This document shows positions 21,022 through 28,405 of a stretch of DNA of 43,438 nucleotides, piece after piece (the first letter of the stretch is position 1; every line of letters begins with the position of its first letter). The DNA is from an uncultured Myxococcales bacterium. Its GTDB lineage: Bacteria > Myxococcota_A > UBA9042. The DNA is taken from positions 1-43,438 of the forward strand of contig CALGHC010000432.1 in assembly GCA_937915965.1 (NCBI GenBank), given 5' to 3'. The notes under the pieces are model-generated. The model made no database searches. It was given only the letters and a program-made list of their open reading frames with translations, and was not told where the DNA came from. The position numbers were made by a program, and so were the translations under genes.

Positions 21022-22043
21022 GGTCCTGCGTGCGGGAGAGTGTCAGAGCTGCGCAGCAAGCCCTGGCCGAGGGTCGCTTCTGCAAGATCATCTGCGGCCT
21101 GGGCATGAGCGATGCGCTTGTCGCGCGGCGGATGGCGACACTGTACGCGCTGGCCGGTGCCGACGCGCTGGATGTCGCAGCGGACCCCGACGTCGTCGCC
21201 GCCGCACGAGCCGGTTTCGACGATGCCGATCGCATCGCCGGACTTGAAGGTCGCATCCTCGTTGCACCGGCTCTGCTGATCAGCGTCGGCCTGCAGTCCG
21301 ACCCGCACGTGGGCCGCGCGCTGCTGCATCGCAGCATCTGCGCTACCTGCGCGGGCTGCTCGATTCCGTCGCTACGCCTGTGCGCCGAGCGCCCGCTTGA
21401 ATTGCGCGCTCCCGAGTGCCCCGGATGTATGGCGTGCATCGGCGCGTGCCCGTACGGCGCTATCACCGTCGCGGCCGCGTTCGACGGCCGAGGGGACGGG
21501 GTCGCGACGGCGCTGGCAGCGGGCGCCGATGGGCTGGAACTTCACGTCGGCGGTGCGGCGGTGGCCGACATCGAGCAGGTAATGACGACTCTCATGGGCC
21601 TGATCGACGAGGGGATGTTGCTTTCTTTCAGCGTCGGCTCCGAGGTGACCTCGACCGCGCTGGTGCTCGATCAGGTCCGCTGGATCGAGGCGCAAAGCCA
21701 CGAACCCACGGTGATCCAGGTCGAGGGTCGACCCATGAGCGGCGGCGCCGACATCGGCCGAGCCGGACCTGCAGCCGCGGCGGCGATCGAGCTGGCCGCC
21801 CGCGTGACGACGGTCGTCCAACGAACGTACGTCCAGATCGCCGGCGGCGCTGACCACACGACACATGGCTTGTGCGTCGCAGCAGGGCTTGCGTGCCACG
21901 GTATCGGCTTTGGCGGGACGGCCCGTCTGGCGGCAAGACAGGTGTTGCACGCGGCATCTGTCGACCCCAAGGATCCGGTCTTCTGCGAAGCGCTCGCGGC
22001 TGCTCGCGCCTTGGTCGAATCGTGCCATCGTGGGACAGGCTGA
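21018..22043 (+). CDS. LdpA-like Fe-S protein (4Fe-4S ferredoxin motif)
   Basis: 341 aa. The TTG start overlaps the previous stop (TTGA). The N-terminus GRFCKIICGLG...LYALAGADALDVAADPDVVAAA resembles cyanobacterial LdpA-type proteins. It carries CPGCMACIGACPYGAI (CxxCxxCxxxCP) plus CATCAGC. Confidence 0.5.
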   Translation: MRSCVRESVRAAQQALAEGRFCKIICGLGMSDALVARRMATLYALAGADALDVAADPDVVAAARAGFDDADRIAGLEGRILVAPALLISVGLQSDPHVGRALLHRSICATCAGCSIPSLRLCAERPLELRAPECPGCMACIGACPYGAITVAAAFDGRGDGVATALAAGADGLELHVGGAAVADIEQVMTTLMGLIDEGMLLSFSVGSEVTSTALVLDQVRWIEAQSHEPTVIQVEGRPMSGGADIGRAGPAAAAAIELAARVTTVVQRTYVQIAGGADHTTHGLCVAAGLACHGIGFGGTARLAARQVLHAASVDPKDPVFCEALAAARALVESCHRGTG

Positions 22044-22071
22044 TAGCGCTCACGAACGCGGAGGCTTCTCG

Positions 22072-23184
22072 ATGACGGTTCGTGTCTCGCCTTTCCTCGC
22101 GACCCTCGACGCCGTGCCGATATACCGATCGACCTGGTTGGATCCGGTCGGCCGGCAGGTCAAACTCAACCACAACGAGAGTGCGCAGGACGCACCCGCG
22201 CGGTTGAAGTCCATCGCCCTTGAGCGCCTCGCTGCTGCGCCATGGCACCGCTACCCAGATCCGCACGCCAGCGCGCTGCGGAGCGCCCTCGCCCGGGCCC
22301 TCGGTGTGACCATCGAGTCCATCGTCCTGGGCAACGGCGGCAACGAGCTGATCGGTCGGCTATTCCAATCGCTACGCCGCGACGCCACCATTTTGATTTG
22401 CACGCCCGGCTACTACATCTACGGACGGGCGGCCGCGACACAGGGACTCGCGACCATCGAGATCCCGCTGCAACCGTCGAGCGATGGCGCGACTCCCTTC
22501 GACATCGACGCGGACGCGGTTCTCGAACGAGCGCGGACCTGCGCGTGTCCGGTGCTCTGCCTTGCGCAGCCCAACAACCCGACCGCCGCCCTGTTGTCTG
22601 AGGAGTCAATCTCTCGCATTCTGAAAGGATTCATAGGCTTGTCCGGACTGGTCGTCATCGATGAGGCCTACGTCGACTACAGCGGCGTCAGCCACCTTGA
22701 GACCATCGCCGAGCGACGCGACGTCGTGATCATGCGCACCTTGTCGAAAGCGTTTGGACTCGCAGGTGTTCGACTCGGTGCGTTGCTGGCCCATCCCGAG
22801 ACGGCCGCGACGATCGAGAAGCTCGCCCTGCCCTACGCGCTGGGACTGCCCGCGCAGATCATCGGCGAGGCGGCCCTCGCGTGCGCCGAAGAGGTCCGCA
22901 CACTGGCCCAGGACACCGTCCGGGAGCGAGATCGTCTTGCCGCGGCACTTGGGGCCGTTCTGGGGGCCATTCCGGAGGCCAAAGTGCATCCCTCGGCGAC
23001 CAACTTCCTACTCGTCGACTTCGGGCCCGCGGCGGCACAGGTGCGCACGTCCCTACAGGCCGACGCGATCACCGTGCGTGATCTGGCGACGGTGCCGCGC
23101 CTCGAATCCTGCCTACGCATTTCGGTGGGCCGCCGCGACGAGAACGACCGCCTGGTCGCCGCCGTGCGGGCGGCATTGCGATGA
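22072..23184 (+). CDS. Class I/II PLP aminotransferase, HisC (histidinol-phosphate aminotransferase)-like
   Basis: ORF trimmed to the ATG at 22072, preceded by GGAGG. It has KLNHNES..., YPDP...LR, LGNGGNELI, VIDEAYVDY and RTLSKAFGLAG(V)RLG (PLP-Lys motif). Confidence 0.8.
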   Translation: MTVRVSPFLATLDAVPIYRSTWLDPVGRQVKLNHNESAQDAPARLKSIALERLAAAPWHRYPDPHASALRSALARALGVTIESIVLGNGGNELIGRLFQSLRRDATILICTPGYYIYGRAAATQGLATIEIPLQPSSDGATPFDIDADAVLERARTCACPVLCLAQPNNPTAALLSEESISRILKGFIGLSGLVVIDEAYVDYSGVSHLETIAERRDVVIMRTLSKAFGLAGVRLGALLAHPETAATIEKLALPYALGLPAQIIGEAALACAEEVRTLAQDTVRERDRLAAALGAVLGAIPEAKVHPSATNFLLVDFGPAAAQVRTSLQADAITVRDLATVPRLESCLRISVGRRDENDRLVAAVRAALR

Positions 23185-24098
23185 CGCACAGGAACCGGCC
23201 CGGTGCCGTCGAAGCGGCCCGCGGCTTGCCATTGATCTTCGATCTCGACGGTGTCGTCGTCGACGTCCGCCAAAGCTATCGCCAGGCCTATATCCTTGGA
23301 ATCACCTGGTTTCTCAACGAGATCCTGGGGCGGCCGGGCGACGCTGCCGGATTCACGGTGGCGGACGTCGCCCTGCTCAAGCGCCATCGGGGCTTCAACG
23401 CGCCGCGCGATGTCGTCGCGTTCTTTCTGCGCGCGGCGCTCGTCTCGGACAGCGCTGACCAGCGCGGCGGCGGATTCTCGCGGGTTTCGACCTGGATCAA
23501 GGCGGGGCTCGCGGACGGCCGCCTCGATCGGGGTGCAGAAGCGCTCTTCGACGGATTGTCGGCGCAGACACGGGCCGCCGTTCGTTCCGTCGAGGATGTC
23601 GACGCGGCCCTCAGCAGCTGCCATGAGGTATACATCGGCTCGCGCAACTTCATGACCGTCTACGGCGCGGCGCCCCGCGGCGACTGGCCGGGTCTCTGGC
23701 CGGCGGACCGGCTTCTGCTTCCGCGCGACCGACCGCCGTGCCGGCTGCCGCTCGGAGTCTACAGCGGTCGCACCCGTGGCGAGATCGACCACCTCTTTGA
23801 GCGGCTGCCCTTCTTCGCGCCGATCGCGCCGGCGCACGTTCACAGCGCCGATGACCCGGGCGCCAAGCCCGACGCCGAACCCTTGATCCGCCTCATTGAC
23901 AGCCTCGGCGCGGGCGGAGCGGTCTATCTGGGCGACACCGAGGCGGACAGACAGACCGTCATCGCCCTGCGCCGCCAGCGCCCCGATCTCGTCTGTCTGC
24001 TCGCCCAGATCGATGAGGACAAAGAGGCGCAGTGGTGGCCCGAGGCCGAATTTGCGGCGACCGGACCCGCGGAGATCGTCGATCTGCTAGGCGGCTGA
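23181..24098 (+). CDS. HAD-superfamily hydrolase
   Basis: 305 aa. The ATGA overlaps the aminotransferase stop codon. HAD motif I is LIFDLDGVVVD, motif II is VYSGRT, and the motif III/IV region is AKPDAEPL...YLGDTEADRQT. Confidence 0.7.
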   Translation: MTHRNRPGAVEAARGLPLIFDLDGVVVDVRQSYRQAYILGITWFLNEILGRPGDAAGFTVADVALLKRHRGFNAPRDVVAFFLRAALVSDSADQRGGGFSRVSTWIKAGLADGRLDRGAEALFDGLSAQTRAAVRSVEDVDAALSSCHEVYIGSRNFMTVYGAAPRGDWPGLWPADRLLLPRDRPPCRLPLGVYSGRTRGEIDHLFERLPFFAPIAPAHVHSADDPGAKPDAEPLIRLIDSLGAGGAVYLGDTEADRQTVIALRRQRPDLVCLLAQIDEDKEAQWWPEAEFAATGPAEIVDLLGG

Positions 24099-24135
24099 GA
24101 CTGCGAGGCGGCTGAGACTGCGGGGCGGCTGAGCT
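24090..24135. repeat. 17-nt tandem repeat, about 2.7 copies (GGCGGCTGAGACTGCGR), spanning the HAD gene stop codon
   Basis: The sequence reads ggcggctgagactgcga ggcggctgagactgcgg ggcggctgagct. The first copy contains the GGC GGC TGA end of the HAD CDS. Confidence 0.85.
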
Positions 24136-24164
24136 ACAGTGAGAGCGAACCGAGCCGACGCGGC

Positions 24165-26702
24165 TCAGACCCGCACGCGCCGTGGGTCGAGGGCCGCAGC
24201 CAGCTCGCCCGGTGCCTCGCGGCGCACCCAATCCGCAGCCAGGCGAGCGACGATCGGCGCGTGCATGACCCCGTGGCCAGCGAGCGCAGCGACCAGCACC
24301 AGTCCGTCCAGCCCCGGGCACGGTCCGACATAGGGTCGGCCGTCGGCCGCATGGGTCTGGATGCCGCTGAATGCAGGGCGGAAACGCGCGCCCGCGAGGC
24401 CAGGAAGGCGATGAAGGAGGCGCTCGTGGGCGGCCTCCCGGACAGCCGCCTCCTGCTCGACCGGGTCGCTGCCCTGTTCTTCGTCGAACTCCCACGCGGA
24501 CGCGATGACGCCGCTCGCCTCTGCCCGGAAATACAGGGCCGGCGTGTAAGAGAGCACCAGCGGACCGGAGCTCGGCATGGCGGGGGCGCCTGTGGCCAGG
24601 AAGATGCGACGACGACCAGATCGCATCGGCAGGCGCACACCTGCGGCGACGATCAGGTCGGCGACATCGGCGCCCGCTGCCAAGACGACGGTGTCGGCGC
24701 GCAGGTCACCGCCGTCGGTGCGCACGCCAACAACGCGACCGCGGTCGATCAAGAGGGACTGAACACGCACGCCGGTCTCAACCCGGCCGGCGGCTGCTCG
24801 CAGGCGGCGGGCGTAGGCCTGCACCAAGCCGTGTGGGTCGAGGTGTCCTTCGCTTGGACCGAACGTCGCGCTGCGCACATCGTCGACGCGCAACATGGGC
24901 CAACGCTCGGCCACATCGCCGGCTGAGAGCATCTCGACGGGCCAGCCTACCGCGCGGGCGTGCTCTGCTTGCGCCTCCAGGCGGGCGTCGTCGGCGACAC
25001 AAGTCGACAAGAAGAGGTAGCCATCATCACGCAGGTCGATATGGGCCAGACCCTCGGCTGCCAGATCGTCGAGGAGCGGTCGGGCGGCGGCGGTGAGTCG
25101 CGCCAGGAGCGGATCGCTGTGCTGGGCGCGGATTCCGCCGATGCTCGCGGCAGTTGCGCCGACGCCGAGCTGGCTGGCCGCCTCGAGCAGAAGTACGCCT
25201 GCGCCCAGATCGGCGGCCAACTCGGCGGCCACTGAAACGCCAGCGACGCCGCCACCGACGACGATGACGTCGGTTCGCGCCGCGGTCGGCGTGCGCGCCC
25301 GCCGCGGATTGGGAACCACCGCGCCCGTGGCGTCGACCTGCATCCTGGCGAGCATCCGCCGACGCAGCTCGGGCGTGTAGAAGCGCTGGCAGACCTCGTC
25401 CGAAAACAAGGTGCCGATCTCAGTCAGTCTAACGCGCACGCCGTCATCGACGATCACACCCAGCTCGGTCAGCTCGGCGATCGTCGCCCCGAAGACGCTG
25501 TCAACCGACTCACCGAGCTCGGCTTCGAACCGGCCCCGCACGATGCCGCCGTCGTCGTCGAGTACCTTGAGCGAGAACATCGCCCGCTGAGCGAGCTGTT
25601 CGGCGTGGCTGAGCAATCGGCCATTCGCCAGCGCCCAACCGTCGCCCGCCTCAACGGCCTCGCTGAAGACATCCATATGCCCGTGGTTGAAGGCAATCAC
25701 GTCCGGCCGTCGCGAACAGGCTTCGACCCCGCAACCATCGACGGGCTGCATGTCGCGCCACTTGTCGCGCGCCTGCATCTGCGCGGTCTCGCTGTCGGCC
25801 AGGCAGAAATAGTCAGTCAAAGACTGCCGATAGCCGCGCCGCTCGAGGAAGCGTACCGCAGCCAGGTGCATCTGCAGGTTGAGGTCCTCGGCCGGCGAGG
25901 CGCGCCGCGAGATCGACGTGTCGGGGCGCTTGCGCAGGTGGTACGTCGTGATGCTCTGCACACCAAGATCGGAGGCGACATCGAGCCCCTCGAGCCAACC
26001 GTCGAGATCCTGACCCGGGAGGGCGTAGATGAGATCGATGTTGATGTTGTCGAAGCCCGCTGATCGGGCCTGCAAAACAGCTGCCCGCGCTTCAGCCGCA
26101 TCGTGACGCCGTCCTAGCAAGCGCAGTTGCCGATCGTCGAAGCTCTGGATGCCGATATTGAGCCGGTTGACGCCATGCTGTCGCAGCACGTCGAGCTTCT
26201 CTCGGGTCAGAGTCTCCGGGGCCGACTCCACGGTCCACTCGGTGCCAGCGGGAATCGTTACGTTGCTGCGAATGCCGCCGAGCAGGCGATCGAGCTGGTC
26301 GGCCTCGAGATAGGTCGGTGTGCCGCCGCCTACGAGAACGGACGCGACGCGCTCAAAGCGGTCGTCGCTCCAGCGCAGGCCCATCTCGCGTTCGAGCGCG
26401 GCGAGATAGCGGTCGATTCGCTCGGGACCTGGGTTCACCTCGATCGCGTAATGGCAAAACGTGCAACGGCCAGTGCAAGGCGGGACGTGGACGTAGAGAC
26501 CGATAGGCCCGGTTGGCTGGCTGAGACGGACACGCAGAGCGTCGTCTGCTGCGTGGTCGCGGGCGACCTCGGGGGGTAGAAAGTGGACGACCAGATTGTA
26601 GCCACCCGGGTCACGGCGAATGCCGGCGGCGGCGAGCTTGGCCACATCGAGCGTCGCCAGCGCCTCGCGCACTTCGTCTCTGATGGGATCGAATCGGCTC
26701 AC
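24165..26702 (-). CDS. Fusion protein: HemN/HemW-like radical SAM domain plus DAO-type FAD-dependent oxidoreductase domain
   Basis: 845 aa with a GTG start. The N-terminal half has LYVHVPPCTGRCTFCHY (CxxxCxxC), VLVGGGTPTYL and LNIGIQSFDD, which are HemN-family signatures. The C-terminal half has VIVVGGGVAGVSVAAELA (Rossmann GxGxxG), ASIGGIR and a GHGVMHAP tail typical of DAO, glycine or sarcosine oxidase-like enzymes. Confidence 0.8.
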   Translation of the reverse strand: MSRFDPIRDEVREALATLDVAKLAAAGIRRDPGGYNLVVHFLPPEVARDHAADDALRVRLSQPTGPIGLYVHVPPCTGRCTFCHYAIEVNPGPERIDRYLAALEREMGLRWSDDRFERVASVLVGGGTPTYLEADQLDRLLGGIRSNVTIPAGTEWTVESAPETLTREKLDVLRQHGVNRLNIGIQSFDDRQLRLLGRRHDAAEARAAVLQARSAGFDNINIDLIYALPGQDLDGWLEGLDVASDLGVQSITTYHLRKRPDTSISRRASPAEDLNLQMHLAAVRFLERRGYRQSLTDYFCLADSETAQMQARDKWRDMQPVDGCGVEACSRRPDVIAFNHGHMDVFSEAVEAGDGWALANGRLLSHAEQLAQRAMFSLKVLDDDGGIVRGRFEAELGESVDSVFGATIAELTELGVIVDDGVRVRLTEIGTLFSDEVCQRFYTPELRRRMLARMQVDATGAVVPNPRRARTPTAARTDVIVVGGGVAGVSVAAELAADLGAGVLLLEAASQLGVGATAASIGGIRAQHSDPLLARLTAAARPLLDDLAAEGLAHIDLRDDGYLFLSTCVADDARLEAQAEHARAVGWPVEMLSAGDVAERWPMLRVDDVRSATFGPSEGHLDPHGLVQAYARRLRAAAGRVETGVRVQSLLIDRGRVVGVRTDGGDLRADTVVLAAGADVADLIVAAGVRLPMRSGRRRIFLATGAPAMPSSGPLVLSYTPALYFRAEASGVIASAWEFDEEQGSDPVEQEAAVREAAHERLLHRLPGLAGARFRPAFSGIQTHAADGRPYVGPCPGLDGLVLVAALAGHGVMHAPIVARLAADWVRREAPGELAAALDPRRVRV

Positions 26703-26777
26703 GTTCGCTCGCGTGGTCGGTTGGAGGCAGGGTTGAGTGCGGTCGCTGCGGTGGGGTCGGCGATCGGGCCGAGTGGC

Positions 26778-26847
26778 GGGTCACAACAGGCGGGTCACAA
26801 CAGGCAGGTCACAACAGGCGGGTCACAACAGGCGGGTCAGAACGGGC
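26778..26847. repeat. 14-nt tandem repeat x5 (GGGTCACAACAGGC; GCCTGTTGTGACCC on the transcribed strand)
   Basis: Units lie at 26778, 26792, 26806, 26820 and 26834. Units 1, 2 and 4 are identical, unit 3 differs at 1 nt, and unit 5 is degenerate (gggtcagaacgggc) and overlaps the TGA of the B12-rSAM gene. The array sits in the 134-nt gap between two radical SAM genes. Confidence 0.9.
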
Positions 26848-28213
26848 AGTCGGCGTGGTCGGCCGCGCCGGCTGCAGCTTCGTCGGCGTCGACGCCGCGA
26901 CGGCCAACCTCGGCGATCCGCGTCGCCCAGCCGACCAGGACATCGTCGGGCAGTCCGCAGTAGTCCACCGGAGGAGGCTGCAGGACGGCACCCGGCAGCT
27001 GCGGCTCGGAGAAACGGCGCAGCAGCGCCGCTTGGTCTGGGATGAGCCCGTCGCGCAAACCTTGCCGGAACAGCTCGGTTCCGGGCAGCGGCAGGGGGAA
27101 ATGCACAGAGACGCGCGCGCCGGTCTCCTCAACAAAACGCAGGGTAGCGGCCAGAGAAGCTTCTGTCTCGCCGGGCAGGCCGACGATCAGGAAGCCAGAG
27201 ACGGCGACGTTCTCTGCGTGACAGACCTCGATGCAGCGGACGTTGTCGGCGACGGCGGTCTTCTTGTTCGCGCGGTCGAGAACCAGGTCGTCGCCGCTCT
27301 CGAACCCCACGCGGATCTCGCGGCAGCCGCCGGCGCGCATCCGCCGCACCCGCGATGGGGTGATCATGTCCGCGCGCAGGAGCGCAGACCACTGCAAGTC
27401 CGGTACCGCCTCGGCCAAGGCGTCGGCGATGCGGCCGGGCCGAAACAAGATGTCATCGCGGAAGTACATGCTCTCGATTCCGTAGCGATCGACGTAGCCT
27501 TTCACCTCCGCGGCGACCGAGGCGGGCGAGCGCCGGCGCACCCCCTCGAAGAGCGACGGCACCTGACAGAACGAGCAGCTCCAGGGACAACCAAGCGTCG
27601 TGATGATGCTGAGGTAGTGCTGCAAACGTCGCTTGCTGAAGTATGGAGACGGCCCCCCTGCGATGTATTTGCGGACCGGCAACAGCTCCCAATCGGGTAT
27701 CGGCAGGTCGTCGAGCTTATCCCAAACGGGCGTCGGGCCAGTGCGGTGCAACTCATCGTTCTCGGCTCGGACGATCAGCCCCGGCACGGTCGACAGCGAC
27801 TCGCCCTGCTCGAGCGCGCGAAACAGATTCGTCGCCGAGATGAACCCCTCGCCGATCACCCCTACGTCGGCGCCACAGGAGCGCATGACGACCTCGGGCG
27901 CTCCAGACATCAGGGCGCCGCCCAGGATCAGCGGTCGACCGGGCAGCTCCTTGCGCATCCATGGACCGAAGCGTTCGAGGAACGCGAAGGTGTCGGTGAA
28001 GACGGTGACGCCGACGGCTTCAGGCCGCCAGGAGGCGACCGCCTCGAAGAGTGCCGGCTCGTCGAGCTCGTCGGCGTTGCAGTCAAAGATGCGCACATCG
28101 TGGCCGTCCTCCGCCAGCATCGTGCCGATCATCAGCAAGCCATAGGGCGGATAGAGGCTGTGGGTGTACAGGCGCTTGTACATCCACGGCGGATTGACCA
28201 GAGCGATGCGCAT
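26837..28213 (-). CDS. B12-binding-domain radical SAM protein (class B)
   Basis: ORF trimmed to the ATG at 28213 (MRIALVNPPW...YPPYGLLMIGTMLAEDGHDVRIFD is a typical B12-binding N-terminus). The radical SAM motif is TLGCPWSCSFC. An alternative start exists at 28276. Confidence 0.85.
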   Translation of the reverse strand: MRIALVNPPWMYKRLYTHSLYPPYGLLMIGTMLAEDGHDVRIFDCNADELDEPALFEAVASWRPEAVGVTVFTDTFAFLERFGPWMRKELPGRPLILGGALMSGAPEVVMRSCGADVGVIGEGFISATNLFRALEQGESLSTVPGLIVRAENDELHRTGPTPVWDKLDDLPIPDWELLPVRKYIAGGPSPYFSKRRLQHYLSIITTLGCPWSCSFCQVPSLFEGVRRRSPASVAAEVKGYVDRYGIESMYFRDDILFRPGRIADALAEAVPDLQWSALLRADMITPSRVRRMRAGGCREIRVGFESGDDLVLDRANKKTAVADNVRCIEVCHAENVAVSGFLIVGLPGETEASLAATLRFVEETGARVSVHFPLPLPGTELFRQGLRDGLIPDQAALLRRFSEPQLPGAVLQPPPVDYCGLPDDVLVGWATRIAEVGRRGVDADEAAAGAADHADCPF

Positions 28214-28353
28214 GCGATGTGGGTCCCGTGCGCGCGCTTCATCAATGGCAGATGGCCGGGAGCGCGCGATCGCCATGCTAGAGCAGGGCCGGGGCAAACT
28301 CCAGCCGAGCGTCCGCTTCGCGCTTCGCGACGGCGCGTTGGCTGGCGCGAGTC

Positions 28354-28371
28354 GACGACGACGACGACGAC
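28354..28371. repeat. (GAC)6 trinucleotide repeat in an intercistronic gap
   Basis: gtc gacgacgacgacgacgac gg lies within the 192-nt gap between the coxL-like stop and the rSAM start. Confidence 0.85.
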
Positions 28372-28405
28372 GGCCGGACGCACGGGGTCGAGCGGACCGC
28401 GGGCT

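Noticed and set aside
26778-26847. CRISPR array.
   Set aside because: The 14-nt units are directly abutting with no spacers, and there are no cas genes in the window. It is a simple tandem repeat.
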